From: Patescibacteria group bacterium
GTDB lineage: Bacteria; Patescibacteriota; Patescibacteriia; Buchananbacterales; UBA6539
Direction: 5' to 3'
Length of the DNA: 64,000 nucleotides
NCBI GenBank assembly: GCA_028688055.1
Contig: JAQTYZ010000005.1
Location: 8,634 to 72,633, forward strand
Positions 37,858-47,594 of the stretch are shown here, piece after piece. Below the pieces are notes generated by a model that was not told where the DNA came from, made no database searches, and saw only the letters and a program-made list of their open reading frames with translations. Position 1 is the first letter of the stretch. Every line of letters starts with the position of its first letter. The translations under genes and the position numbers were made by a program.

Positions 37858-38274
37858 ATGTTACCACTTTCAACTATTTTTTTTAGATTGCTCATCGCCG
37901 CGGTTTTGTCTGGTTTGGTTGGAATTGAGCGTGAATTACGCCACAAGGAAGCTGGTTTGAGAACCAATATTTTAGTTGGCTTAGGCTCGGCTTTAATAAT
38001 GTTAGTCTCGATTGTTTTTGAAGCCGATCAGGCTAAGATTGCCTCCGGCGTTATTACTGGCATTGGTTTTTTGGGAGCCGGTTTAATTATCCACGGGCAA
38101 GGACATATTAAGGGAGTAACCACGGCGGCCACGATTTGGATTGTTTCATCAATCGGCTTGGCTTGTGGAATTGGTTATTACTCAGCGGCCGCGTTGGCGA
38201 CAATTATTGCGCTATTTGTGTTATATTTTTTTGGTAATGAAAAGGTTAGAGAAGCTGCTAAACTAAACGATTAA
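37858..38274 (+). CDS. MgtC/SapB family membrane protein
   Basis: GIERE, AGLRT, GIGFLGAG, GVTTAATIW. Confidence 0.92.
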   Translation: MLPLSTIFFRLLIAAVLSGLVGIERELRHKEAGLRTNILVGLGSALIMLVSIVFEADQAKIASGVITGIGFLGAGLIIHGQGHIKGVTTAATIWIVSSIGLACGIGYYSAAALATIIALFVLYFFGNEKVREAAKLND

Positions 38275-38276
38275 CG

Positions 38277-38666
38277 ATGAAAAAAGTGATGGTTTTTGGG
38301 ACATTTGACATCCTGCATCCGGGCCATTTGAATTTATTTAAACAAGCGAGGAAGTATGGTGATTACTTAATTGTGGTGGTCGCTCGAGATGTTAACGTCG
38401 AAAAGTTGAAGGGTCAGAGACCAAAAAATAACGAGAATGCCAGAAAGTCTAACTTAGAACAAAAAGATGTTGCTGATAAAGTTGTCTTGGGATATGAAGA
38501 TAATCCGTATCGAATAGTTGGCGAAGAAAAACCCGATGTGATTTGTTTGGGCTATGACCAAAATAGTTACGACCGATATTTAGGTGAAATTTATCCGGAA
38601 ATTGAAGTAGTGCGCGGTGTGTCTTTTAAACCTGAAATCTATAAATCATCAAAATTTAGAGAGTAA
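38277..38666 (+). CDS. Cytidylyltransferase-family nucleotidyltransferase (RibL/FAD synthase-like)
   Basis: FGTFDILHPGH, VVVARD, PDVICLGYDQ. Confidence 0.85.
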   Translation: MKKVMVFGTFDILHPGHLNLFKQARKYGDYLIVVVARDVNVEKLKGQRPKNNENARKSNLEQKDVADKVVLGYEDNPYRIVGEEKPDVICLGYDQNSYDRYLGEIYPEIEVVRGVSFKPEIYKSSKFRE

Positions 38667-38671
38667 ATAAT

Positions 38672-39922
38672 ATGTTGGACATAAATAAAATTAGAGAGCA
38701 CAAGGAGGAGGTTAAAAAAGCGTTGTTAAAGCGAATGGCAGCGGCCAAAATTAATTTGGATGAAATATTAGAGATTGACGAGAAACGCAAAACGCTATTG
38801 CTCCAATCAGAAACCTTAAAAGCGGAAAGGAATAAATTTTCGAAAACTAAACCTGATGATGAAACGATTTTGAATATGAAGCGGATTGGTGAGGAAATTA
38901 AAGTTTTAGATGATAAGATTCGAACAGTCGAGCTTGAATTGCGTGATCGAATTTCAGAACTGCCAAATATTCCGGCCGATGATGTTTTAGCCGGCGGTAA
39001 GGAAAATAATAAAGTTTTAAAAACATTCGGTAAAAAACCGAGCTTTAAGTTTGAGCCAAAAGATCACGTCGAATTAGCAACCAGTCTTGACGTAATTGAT
39101 TATGACCGCGGCGTTAAAATGTCAGGTAACGGTTTTTGGATTTATCGTGATCAAGGAGCATTGTTAGAGTGGGCGCTTTTGAATTACTTCATTGAGTTCC
39201 ATCGCAACAATAATTATATATTTATTTTGCCCCCGTTTCTTTTGACTGAGGAATCGGCTTATACTTCGGGGCACCTGCCAAAATTTAGAGATGATCTTTA
39301 TTGGACGCAAGATAAATTGTGTTTGAATGCAACGAGTGAAATGATGTTGGGCAACTATCATCGTGATGAAGTTTTGGACGAAAAATTGTTGCCGTTAAAA
39401 TATTATGCTTACTCCGCTTGTTTCCGTCGTGAAGCTGGCAGTTATCGCAAAGAAGAGCGGGGGATGATTCGCGGCCATCAGTTTAATAAAATTGAAATGT
39501 TTCAATTTACTAAGCCGCAGGATTCGTGGGCAGCTTTTGACGAGTTAACCAAGAATGCGGAAGCTTTAGTTGACGGTCTTGGTCTTCATTTTCAGACGGT
39601 TCAATTAGCGGCTGGTGATGCGAGTGCCGCCATGGCCAAAACCATTGATATTGAAGTTTGGATCCCATCAATGGGGATCTATAAGGAAGTCAGTAGTGTC
39701 TCCAATGCCTTGGATTATCAAGCGAGACGCGGCAATATCAGATATAAAAATAGTCTAACGGGAAAAAACGAATTTGTTAGTACACTTAATGCGTCGGGTT
39801 TAGCAACAAGTCGATTGGTGCCGGCAATTTTGGAACAGTTCCAGAATCAAGATGGTAGTGTGGATATTCCTAAGGCGTTACAGAAATTTTGTGGTTTTGC
39901 GAAACTTGAAAATTTAAAGTAA
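38672..39922 (+). CDS. serS: Seryl-tRNA synthetase
   Basis: MLDINKIR, ATSE, CFRREAG, RGHQFNKIE, EVSSVSN, TLNASGLA. Confidence 0.98.
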   Translation: MLDINKIREHKEEVKKALLKRMAAAKINLDEILEIDEKRKTLLLQSETLKAERNKFSKTKPDDETILNMKRIGEEIKVLDDKIRTVELELRDRISELPNIPADDVLAGGKENNKVLKTFGKKPSFKFEPKDHVELATSLDVIDYDRGVKMSGNGFWIYRDQGALLEWALLNYFIEFHRNNNYIFILPPFLLTEESAYTSGHLPKFRDDLYWTQDKLCLNATSEMMLGNYHRDEVLDEKLLPLKYYAYSACFRREAGSYRKEERGMIRGHQFNKIEMFQFTKPQDSWAAFDELTKNAEALVDGLGLHFQTVQLAAGDASAAMAKTIDIEVWIPSMGIYKEVSSVSNALDYQARRGNIRYKNSLTGKNEFVSTLNASGLATSRLVPAILEQFQNQDGSVDIPKALQKFCGFAKLENLK

Positions 39923-39930
39923 AAAGATTT

Positions 39931-39961
39931 GCGGCACGTCGATTGGTGTTCGACGTGCCGC
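39931..39961. terminator. 12-bp perfect GC hairpin between convergent genes
   Basis: GCGGCACGTCGA-ttggtgt-TCGACGTGCCGC. Confidence 0.7.
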
Positions 39962-39981
39962 GTGATGTTTGGGGTTTGCCG

Positions 39982-40086
39982 CTATTTTTTTGCGGCTTCG
40001 CTGCGAGCTTCTTCAACCTCTTTGAGTGCTTCTGAGAAGCTCTTTGCGACGTGTACCTGCCCGGTGCTGTCTATAATCACTGTCAT
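39982..40086 (-). CDS. Orphan 34-aa protein MTVIIDSTGQVHVAKSFSEALKEVEEARSEAAKK
   Basis: SD AAGGAGG, promoter TTGACA-17-TATATT, downstream hairpin. Confidence 0.6.
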   Translation of the reverse strand: MTVIIDSTGQVHVAKSFSEALKEVEEARSEAAKK

Positions 40087-40222
40087 GGCTTTTTCCCTCC
40101 TTGGGTTGCCATTGTTGTTTTTATCCATCAACCCCAAGTTGTGGATAACATTTAAATATACCATATTAATTAAGTTATGTCAATGCTATTTATTATAAAA
40201 GTACTAAATTTAGCCAAATATA

Positions 40223-41335
40223 ATGTATCTATCATGGGTTGAAATTTCACGTTCTGCGATTTTGCATAATCTTAGGCTGTTTAAGCGGTTAGTTGGAAAT
40301 AATGTTGAAGTGATGCCGATTATTAAAAGTAATGCTTATGGCCATGGCTCGGCTGAAGTCGCAACGATTATTTCAAACGAGGTAAATTGGCTTGGCGTAG
40401 TTGATTTATCGGAAGCACTTTTTTTACGTCGGATGAAAATAAAAAATAATATCCTCGCTCTTAGCTACGTTGAGAATGATTTACTCAAGCAGGGCATTAA
40501 AGCTAAGATTGATTTGCCGATTTATGATTTTGAGACCGCCCAACAAATAAACAGGCTGGCTGGTAAATTAAAACAGCTTGCTAAGGTTCATATAAAAATT
40601 GATACGGGGGCCGCGCGAATTGGCATTTTGCCAAAGGAAACTGTTAGTTTTGTACGAAAAGTTAGCGGTTTAAGTAATCTAAAAATTAGAGGTATTTATA
40701 GTCATTTTTCAGCGGCGGAAGAAAATGAAAAATACACAAAATTTCAGGTTAATATTTTTCGTAGCATTTTAGTCGAATTGAAGAAAAATAAAATTAATAT
40801 TCCTTTAAAACATTTCGCCTGCAGTGCGGCCACATTGGTTAGGCCGGAGTCACATTTTAATTTAGTTAGACTCGGGCTGGTACTTTATGGTTTGTGGCCA
40901 TCTGATCAGATTAGGAAAAAAATAATGAGGAAACACCCAAATTTTAAATTGCAACCCGCGCTTGAATGGAAAACTAAAATTATTCAAGTTAAAGAAATTC
41001 CGGTGGGTAGTAAAATTGGCTATGGTTGTACATATACCGCCGGAAAGAAAATGAAGTTAGCGATTATCGGGGTTGGCTATTGGGAGGGGTATGACCGAAA
41101 ATTATCGAATCAAGGCGTCGTAATTATTAAAAATATTAAATGCCCTATTGTTGGCAGAATTTGTATGAATTTATCAATGGCCGATGTGACAAAAGTAAAA
41201 AATGTAAAACCTGGTGATGAAGTAATTTTGTTGGGCGGGGGAGAGAGTGCTGACCAAATGGCCAAAAAAAATGGCACGATTAATTATGAAGTTGTAACAC
41301 GTATTAATCCGATCCTGACTAGAATAATAAAATAA
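40223..41335 (+). CDS. alr: Alanine racemase
   Basis: IKSNAYGHG (PLP lysine), [26 protein letters not shown]. Confidence 0.96.
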   Translation: MYLSWVEISRSAILHNLRLFKRLVGNNVEVMPIIKSNAYGHGSAEVATIISNEVNWLGVVDLSEALFLRRMKIKNNILALSYVENDLLKQGIKAKIDLPIYDFETAQQINRLAGKLKQLAKVHIKIDTGAARIGILPKETVSFVRKVSGLSNLKIRGIYSHFSAAEENEKYTKFQVNIFRSILVELKKNKINIPLKHFACSAATLVRPESHFNLVRLGLVLYGLWPSDQIRKKIMRKHPNFKLQPALEWKTKIIQVKEIPVGSKIGYGCTYTAGKKMKLAIIGVGYWEGYDRKLSNQGVVIIKNIKCPIVGRICMNLSMADVTKVKNVKPGDEVILLGGGESADQMAKKNGTINYEVVTRINPILTRIIK

Positions 41336-41339
41336 TTTT

Positions 41340-42422
41340 ATGAATAATAAAAAAATTAGAATTGGTGTTATCTTTGGCGGACCATCCAAGGAGCATGAAG
41401 TGTCCCTAGCTTCAGCCAGGTCGGTTATCAAGGCCCTGGAAGAAAAGGAAATAGATTTTGTTCCGATGGCGGTGACGAAACAAAATTCTTGGATAATGGG
41501 GGATAAGGCGCGCAAGTATTTGTCGCTCCAATCTGGCGACGCCAAAGAAGATGCAATTTCAATTAAACAGTCACAAGCGTTAGTCGTTAGCGGTGATACC
41601 GATCAGACTCTACGGCCCTTGGTTGAGCCTTCATTGGCTGATACTAAAATTGATCTGATGTTTCCGTTGATTCATGGTAATTATGGTGAAGACGGTAAAC
41701 TTCAGGGATTTTTTGAATTATTTAATATCCCTTATATATTTTCTGGATCATTAGCCAGTGCGCTAGCGATGGATAAGCCTAAAGCTAAAATTATTGCCAA
41801 GCAGGCTGGGTTAAATGTTCCTAATGATTTGGTTTTTAGTAGTAGCAAAGATTTTTTGGTCAATAAAGTTACTGACGTTATGCCATTCCCCGTAGTTATA
41901 AAACCGGCTGAGCTTGGTTCGTCGGTTGGTATTTCAATCGCCAATTCAGCCGATGAATTAATTAAAGGTGTTAATGAAGCTTTTAGCTTTGGTGATAAGA
42001 TAATGATTGAGGCTTATATTAAAGGCAGGGAGTTAACCGTTGGTGTCTTTGGCAATAATCCACCAACCGCTTTGCCAATCGTTGAAATTATCCCTAATAT
42101 TTCTCCTTTTTATGATTATAAGGCAAAATATGATGCTGGTGGCAGCACCCATATTTGTCCAGCCAAAATTCCAGCAGCTATCAAAAACAAAGTTGAAACT
42201 GACGCAATAACAATATTTAAAGCCCTAGAATGCAGAGATTTAGCCCGGGTTGATTTTATTTTTGATGAAAGTGCCAACGATATTTTCTTTCTTGAGATTA
42301 ATACAATTCCTGGTATGACTTCGGTAAGTTTGGTTCCTGATGAAGCAAGAACGATGGATATCGCTTTTCCAGATTTTATTGAGATGTTAATTAATGAAGC
42401 GCGGAAAAGGTATAATATTTAA
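41340..42422 (+). CDS. ddl: D-alanine--D-alanine ligase
   Basis: [40 protein letters not shown]. Confidence 0.96.
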   Translation: MNNKKIRIGVIFGGPSKEHEVSLASARSVIKALEEKEIDFVPMAVTKQNSWIMGDKARKYLSLQSGDAKEDAISIKQSQALVVSGDTDQTLRPLVEPSLADTKIDLMFPLIHGNYGEDGKLQGFFELFNIPYIFSGSLASALAMDKPKAKIIAKQAGLNVPNDLVFSSSKDFLVNKVTDVMPFPVVIKPAELGSSVGISIANSADELIKGVNEAFSFGDKIMIEAYIKGRELTVGVFGNNPPTALPIVEIIPNISPFYDYKAKYDAGGSTHICPAKIPAAIKNKVETDAITIFKALECRDLARVDFIFDESANDIFFLEINTIPGMTSVSLVPDEARTMDIAFPDFIEMLINEARKRYNI

Positions 42423-42428
42423 TTTTTT

Positions 42429-43283
42429 GTGAGAAAAAAAAGAGACTATAATAAAAAAAATTTTCAGAATCCTTTTTTTCCAGCGAAGGTAAATGGTAGC
42501 AAAGGCCGTCGAAAAATGGTGATATTTTTTGGAGTGGTCAGCCCTCTTATATTGTTAATTATTTTGTCATTTTTTTTAAGAATAAAAAATATTAACATTA
42601 GTGGCGGCTCCGAATCGGAAATAAATGAAATAAGAAATATGGCTCAAGCGGAGATGGATAGTAGAAGATTTTTTATTTTTGATGAACATAGTTTAATTTT
42701 TTTTAACAAGAATAAATTAGCAAAATCAGCGACAGCCATTGAGTCTGTTTATTCAATCGCTGTCGCTAAGACATTTCCGGATACTTTGGATATTAGTATA
42801 AATAATAAGGCGGTTAGCGCCATTTTGATTAGTAACGGAATCAAATATTATTTAGATGACTCGGGTGTTGCAATTAAAATTGAAGACACCACTGATGTTG
42901 TCATTGAAAATGGTGGCAATAATACTCAGGTCGTAAGACTAAAATCAGATTCAGATAGCTATCCCACTATTATGATTGATAATTTATCGAAGATCAGAAT
43001 CGGTTCGGAGGTAATTGAAAAAGGAAAATTGGATTTTATACTAGCAATCGACAGTGCTGTGAAAAAAAGGGGAGGATTTACTCCAACAAGCTATACTCTA
43101 AATTTAATTACCTCGGAATTAGATTTGTTGGTAAATGATGGTTGGCAAGTTAAATTTGATGCACAAGGCAAAGCCCTAGAGCAGCTGGATTCTTTGTACT
43201 TAGTTTTAAATAATAAAGTTAGTGACAAAACTTTACTTCACTATATTGACGTTCGGTATGGTGACAAAATATTTTATCAGTAA
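42429..43283 (+). CDS. ftsQ: Cell division protein FtsQ/DivIB-like
   Basis: Basic N-terminus, TM, POTRA-like RIKNINISG..KTFPDTLDI, C-terminal YIDVRYGDKIFYQ; follows ddl. Confidence 0.75.
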   Translation: MRKKRDYNKKNFQNPFFPAKVNGSKGRRKMVIFFGVVSPLILLIILSFFLRIKNINISGGSESEINEIRNMAQAEMDSRRFFIFDEHSLIFFNKNKLAKSATAIESVYSIAVAKTFPDTLDISINNKAVSAILISNGIKYYLDDSGVAIKIEDTTDVVIENGGNNTQVVRLKSDSDSYPTIMIDNLSKIRIGSEVIEKGKLDFILAIDSAVKKRGGFTPTSYTLNLITSELDLLVNDGWQVKFDAQGKALEQLDSLYLVLNNKVSDKTLLHYIDVRYGDKIFYQ

Positions 43284-43298
43284 CTGTGGATATCTTTT

Positions 43299-43326
43299 GT
43301 GTCGCAAAATATAGTAAGAGGGAAGT
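43299..43326. other. dif-like 11-6-11 site (degenerate)
   Basis: GTGTCGCAAAA-TATAGT-AAGAGGGAAGT; the reverse complement starts ACTTCC, like the Firmicute dif left arm. Confidence 0.4.
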
Positions 43327-43627
43327 GTCCGGTGTAAAAAAGGGAAGCAATATAGTTAAAATATTTTAGTCATGACACCCAGTGGTAATTGTACTAATAA
43401 TTATAAAATTTGTTTTAGTTAGAATTAGCGGCCGTTAGGCTTGTTTTGTTTTATTTTATGGTACCAAATCATCTTGGTTATTTTTTTTTGATCTGTAGCT
43501 TGCTTAGAGGGTAAAATTAAACATTAAATCTGACCAAGCTAGCTTGTTTAGTAGTATTTTAGAAGTTTATTGGTTGTAATTATAGTATTTGGGCTGTTGT
43601 AGTTATTGAATAAATGTAAGTCCTCTT

Positions 43628-43655
43628 GCGTCGCTTAAGATATATTGTGCGACGC
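43628..43655. other. Palindromic 11-6-11 dif-like site
   Basis: GCGTCGCTTAA-GATATA-TTGTGCGACGC; shares an arm with 43299-43309. Confidence 0.45.
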
Positions 43656-43759
43656 AGTATAACCTAAAAAATCTTGTTATTACATACTTCCCCCTTAAGC
43701 AGTTGCTTAATTTTTTTTGTTTAGTTTCGTTTTAAACGAGTTTACTAATTTAATTTTCC

Positions 43760-43905
43760 TTGACATTATTTCTAAAATATTTTAATCTGGAGTGTTTGCC
43801 TATTTGATCTTTAAAATAAGTTGCCCTTCCCTACCTGGCGGTTTCTGCCACTAGTTAAGGGAGGGCAAATGTGAAACTGTCACAATACCAGTTGTCGGCT
43901 GGTGT
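43760..43905 (+). promoter_or_regulatory. Promoter, boxA-like motif and three-hairpin leader
   Basis: TTGACA-17-TAATCT; TGATCTTTAAAA at 43805-43816; hairpins at 43821-43868, 43870-43884 and 43885-43905. Confidence 0.5.
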
Positions 43906-43939
43906 AGTTAGCCCAACCAATTATTCATAATTCATTTAT

Positions 43940-44101
43940 ATGTTTTACGCCCTAAGGGTTGGTTTGACTCTCGCAGTCGCCATTATTGTGTTCAGAATGT
44001 TTCTCCCGGAGATTGCCGATCGTTTGATTGAACTTATTGTTAGAATACTTGATATTCTAAACTCTGAGGTCGCTCAAAATGCATCAGGCATAATCCGGTA
44101 A
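43940..44101 (+). CDS. Small membrane protein (53 aa, not in the ORF track)
   Basis: MFYALRVGLTLAVAIIVFRMFLPEIADRLIELIVRILDILNSEVAQNASGIIR; lies between the structured leader and a terminator. Confidence 0.65.
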   Translation: MFYALRVGLTLAVAIIVFRMFLPEIADRLIELIVRILDILNSEVAQNASGIIR

Positions 44102-44144
44102 AAAAAATAGGCTCGAGGTATAATACCCCCGAGCCTTTCTTTTT
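44101..44144. terminator. Bidirectional terminator
   Basis: A-run, AGGCTCGaGGTA-taa-TACCcCGAGCCT, T-rich tail. Confidence 0.75.
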
Positions 44145-44151
44145 GTTAACT

Positions 44152-44811
44152 TTATTTTTGATTTTTAAATATCAAATATGAATAGATTAAAGGAAATAGT
44201 CCAGCCATTATAATGGCGGTCATAAATAGAATTAGGGTTACTTGCGCCGAGGATTGTAATGTGGCACTGACTATTAGAATGATACCGCTAACAACAAACA
44301 TTTTACCACCAAGTCGGTGAGTTTTATTCCAGTTATCCTCACTGGATAATGTCCATGGTGTTTTGATGCCAATGAACCAATTGGGTTTTATTTTGCCCAT
44401 ATAATTTCCCATGATCATAAACATTAGACCAACGGCACTTGGCATGATGGTGTTTACTGGAACATTATAACCGAGTGAAGTTATAATTATCAGCGCGTAA
44501 ACACCAGTCATAAATATGATAATTATACTTTTAACGATGTGGTAGACATTCTGAAATTCAGCGTATCGTTCTTTTTTTGGATCAATAGCTGGTAGGGTGA
44601 GGAAAAAAAGGTACATAATTAAATTTAAAACTGGTATTAAAAAAATGCCGAATGTTTTATTTGAGTATTGGTCAATTTGCCCTGAAAAATTCCAATGCGT
44701 CGGAATCTTGTCTGGTAGCACCGGATAAAAATAGCCTGCCACTATAAATGATAAAATAATCAGGGTTATCGGTATTAGCTCAGTTTTAAGGGTAAAATTA
44801 AGTTTATTCAT
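44152..44811 (-). CDS. sdpI: SdpI/YhfL-family immunity membrane protein (DUF1648 plus SdpI)
   Basis: LPDKIPTHWN..G..D, IDPKKE.Y, GNYMGKIKPNWFIGIKTPWTL...NWNKTHRLGG. Confidence 0.9.
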   Translation of the reverse strand: MNKLNFTLKTELIPITLIILSFIVAGYFYPVLPDKIPTHWNFSGQIDQYSNKTFGIFLIPVLNLIMYLFFLTLPAIDPKKERYAEFQNVYHIVKSIIIIFMTGVYALIIITSLGYNVPVNTIMPSAVGLMFMIMGNYMGKIKPNWFIGIKTPWTLSSEDNWNKTHRLGGKMFVVSGIILIVSATLQSSAQVTLILFMTAIIMAGLFPLIYSYLIFKNQK

Positions 44812-44821
44812 ATTATTATTA

Positions 44822-45103
44822 TTATTTATTTTTTTTAACACCCTTACCGATTATTCCATATAATTCACCGATGATTTCATCAACCACCGATAAATTCAAA
44901 GAATAAATAATATTTTGGCCAGCTCGCCTACTACTAACCAAGTTCGCCATTTTTAGAATATTTAAATGATGGGATAGCGAAGGTAAAGTCATGGTAAAAT
45001 TTTTTGCAATTTCCCCGGCGGGTAAATCTTTTTTCTTTAAGAGCTGAATTATTTTTCGGCGCGTCGGATCAGCTAAAGCGTTAAGGGTTGTACTTAAGGT
45101 CAT
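44822..45103 (-). CDS. sdpR: ArsR-family autorepressor, SdpR-like
   Basis: ALADPTRRKII.LL..LPAGEIA..F.MT.PSLSHHL..LK..LV..R.GQ.IIYSLN. Confidence 0.9.
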   Translation of the reverse strand: MTLSTTLNALADPTRRKIIQLLKKKDLPAGEIAKNFTMTLPSLSHHLNILKMANLVSSRRAGQNIIYSLNLSVVDEIIGELYGIIGKGVKKNK

Positions 45104-45137
45104 ATCCCCTGTTGTTTAGTGACTAAGATTAATTTAG

Positions 45138-45161
45138 ATATTTAGGTAACTATCTAAATAT
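45138..45161. promoter_or_regulatory. Probable SdpR/ArsR operator overlapping the sdpRI promoter
   Basis: ATATTTAGGTA-ac-TATCTAAATAT (one mismatch); minus TTGACA at 45185-45180. Confidence 0.7.
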
Positions 45162-45200
45162 TAACACATACCTATTTATTGTCAATATGCTTAAATAATT

Positions 45201-45230
45201 AAAAAACCCCTGAAAATTCAGGGGTTTTTT
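45201..45230. terminator. Bidirectional terminator
   Basis: A6-CCCCTGAA-aa-TTCAGGGG-T6. Confidence 0.85.
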
Positions 45231-45242
45231 AATTATTTTTGG

Positions 45243-46199
45243 TTACAACGTGGCAAACATTTGTTCGCTTGAGGTTGCCATATTTCCATTGGAATCAGTT
45301 GATTCAACTAGGAAATAGTAAGTTGAGCTTGCGTTCAGACTACTTAGTTGCAGCGAGTGTACTGTAACCAAGGTAGTATCAAGCACGGAGTTGGTGCTTG
45401 AGGCCGTTGCGAGATGTTCATTTGAATATCTGACACGGCTATTACTGCTTTCGTTAGTGTTCCAGTTGATGACAGCTGATGTGGTTGAGGCGGTGGAAGT
45501 GATATTCAATATTGTTGGAGCCGTAAAATCGTTATTGTTTGACTTATCACAGAATCGCTCAAGAATTTTTTCAAACGGTCCAACTCTTTGGTGTTTTTCA
45601 TCAAATTTTTCCGCTACTTTTTCAATGACTCGACAGCGTACGGTTTCGGCAATTTGATGTATCTGACCTAGCTTCAAGCCATGATTTTCATCAATGGTTT
45701 GGGTGTCGTTGGCTTCAGAATCAGCATCATAATCATCATCGTTATCAATAGGAGCGCCAACCTTATATTGACTAATTAAGCTTCCGGGTAAATCGTCGAC
45801 AAGCTTATTCCAATTATCACCATATAAATGCTTAGCAACTACTTCATTTTTTAGCCATCTTAATACCCCATCTTTACTAACTGCAAAGACATTTGGGTTG
45901 TCAGTTGATTTAACTAAAACAATCCCCGGCCGATATAGGACATTACCTCCTAATGGTACCGTCGCTAGTTCTTCGACACTAACAGTTACAACATTTTTGA
46001 ATCCCGAAAACCAGGTTCGGAATATTTTTTCATTCGGAAAAATATATTTTTTTCCGTCAGCCGCGACGTAATAAAGAGTGGGACGGTCAGTCACCTTTAC
46101 AATTTGACCGACAGCTGATGATTCAGTGGCGGCGGCCGGTAGCACTGTTGACAGCGCTAAGGCCAAAAACGCCAGCGAAAATAAAGTTTTTTTGAGCAT
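45243..46199 (-). CDS. Secreted CPR-type repeat protein with a C-terminal Fn3/purple-acid-phosphatase-N-like domain
   Basis: Signal peptide; two repeats (LYYVAADGKKYIFPNEKIFRTWF / VFAVSKDGVLRWL...YGDNW); SAVINWNTNE.S.S.V.Y...H..L..L...TYYF.V.S.D..GN. Confidence 0.8.
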   Translation of the reverse strand: MLKKTLFSLAFLALALSTVLPAAATESSAVGQIVKVTDRPTLYYVAADGKKYIFPNEKIFRTWFSGFKNVVTVSVEELATVPLGGNVLYRPGIVLVKSTDNPNVFAVSKDGVLRWLKNEVVAKHLYGDNWNKLVDDLPGSLISQYKVGAPIDNDDDYDADSEANDTQTIDENHGLKLGQIHQIAETVRCRVIEKVAEKFDEKHQRVGPFEKILERFCDKSNNNDFTAPTILNITSTASTTSAVINWNTNESSNSRVRYSNEHLATASSTNSVLDTTLVTVHSLQLSSLNASSTYYFLVESTDSNGNMATSSEQMFATL

Positions 46200-46317
46200 A
46201 TTTTTTATTAGTTATTAATCTTTTGCTCTTACAGTATAAGACGGTTGGTTCTAGAAATTCTTACAACTCTTGCCAATATTAATACTTTAAAAATAATGTT
46301 GCCATTTATTCATTAGT

Positions 46318-47568
46318 TTAGTAAGTCGGTAAATATTCTAGAGGATTTACCGGTATGCCATTGAGGCGAACCTCAAAGTGAAGATGTGGTCCGGTAGTGT
46401 ATGGCCCGGCGCCAATAGTGCCTGGTGTTGCCCCGGTTAAAGCAATCATTTGTCCTTTAGTGACATATTCGTCTTCTTTGACATAAACGGTTGAAATATG
46501 TCCAAACACCGTTGATAAGCCGTCGCTATGAAGGATCATTAAATACGCATAACTCTTGTCACCTTTAAAATTGACTTTGCCAACATAGCCAGATTCTGGC
46601 GCTTTAATTGGAGTTCCTTGAGGTACCCTGATATCGAGACCGGGATGTTCAAATAAATAGCGAAATGGATAGTCGGGATCATGAAAATAGGTACTTATCC
46701 CTTTGCCTGGACCGACTGGCCAAGTAAGCCTGGCTGGCCCAAGACTGCCAAATTTAGAGGCATTTTGCTGTTCCTCTAGTTTTTGCCGGAGTTTTTTTTC
46801 GGCGCTAATAATGTCGGCGTTGGCTTGTTGTTGTTCAAGTTGAAGTTGGTAAGCATAAGATTGGTACTGTTTTTGCGTCAGCCTGGTTTGAGAATATAAG
46901 ACTTGTTGGGCGGTTTTGCGTTCGTCGAGGCCGGCCTTTTGTTGTTGAAGCTGATCTTTGAGTTTATTTTCCTCTTCAGATTTGGATTGCCAATTGGATT
47001 TTTGGATTTCAAGCTGGTTTTTATCCATTTTCAGCTTATCTAAATTATCTTTTATGTCATTATGAACCTGCTCGGTATATTTAACCTGATCGAAAAAATC
47101 GGAAAAAGAATGGTTATTTAATAAAATTTCGAGGTAACTAACCTGATCATCCCGATAAATCAAGCGGAGGTACTCCCCTATTTTAGTTTTACTGTCGAAA
47201 ATATTTTTTTCAGTATCCTTAATTTCTAAATTTAATTTTTGAATTTCTAAGTTTGTTTGGTTGATTTTTATTTGAGTTTCTTCGATATCTAAATTAACTT
47301 TGGCGATTTGGTTGTCGAGAATGGCAAGTTGATTCTGCAGGGATTTGGCTTCTTGTTGCTTGGCCTGAATTTGTTTTTGATAAGCATCAATTTCTTTTTG
47401 TAGTTCATCAATTCTCGATTTTTGGTCGGTAATTTTATGATTTAATGAACTGACGTCGTCGTCGGCTTTTAAGGGAATAGCAAAAAAATTAGCTATGCCA
47501 AAGCTAAATATTAGGCAAACAACTAATATTTTTATTCGCCTCACTTTTTGATTTTTATTTTTAGCCAT
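46318..47568 (-). CDS. Coiled-coil plus M23 peptidase (murein hydrolase/activator family)
   Basis: Long coiled coil; HPGLD and HLHFEVR Zn motifs intact. Confidence 0.92.
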   Translation of the reverse strand: MAKNKNQKVRRIKILVVCLIFSFGIANFFAIPLKADDDVSSLNHKITDQKSRIDELQKEIDAYQKQIQAKQQEAKSLQNQLAILDNQIAKVNLDIEETQIKINQTNLEIQKLNLEIKDTEKNIFDSKTKIGEYLRLIYRDDQVSYLEILLNNHSFSDFFDQVKYTEQVHNDIKDNLDKLKMDKNQLEIQKSNWQSKSEEENKLKDQLQQQKAGLDERKTAQQVLYSQTRLTQKQYQSYAYQLQLEQQQANADIISAEKKLRQKLEEQQNASKFGSLGPARLTWPVGPGKGISTYFHDPDYPFRYLFEHPGLDIRVPQGTPIKAPESGYVGKVNFKGDKSYAYLMILHSDGLSTVFGHISTVYVKEDEYVTKGQMIALTGATPGTIGAGPYTTGPHLHFEVRLNGIPVNPLEYLPTY

Positions 47569-47594
47569 TAACTGAATTATACCATACTTAAGCG

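Noticed and set aside
41340-42422. Van-type D-Ala-D-Lac ligase
   Set aside because: The omega loop FYDYKAKY retains the Tyr typical of D-Ala-D-Ala ligases, and no vanH/vanX is nearby.
35412-43293. oriC, suggested by DnaA boxes TGTGGATAA at 35412 and 40140 and TGTGGATAT at 43285
   Set aside because: The boxes are single and kilobases apart, with no dnaA/dnaN and no clustered array.
43870-43884. CRP site TGTGA-N-TCACA
   Set aside because: The spacer is 5 nt rather than 6 and the site lies inside a transcribed leader; an RNA hairpin is more likely.
43284-44150. Replication terminus, suggested by gene-strand convergence and dif-like sites
   Set aside because: By eye, minus-strand genes beyond this point (gltX, flippase) remain C-rich at third codon positions and plus-strand genes (50601) remain G/T-rich. 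The skew does not appear to flip; a computed cumulative skew is needed to be sure.
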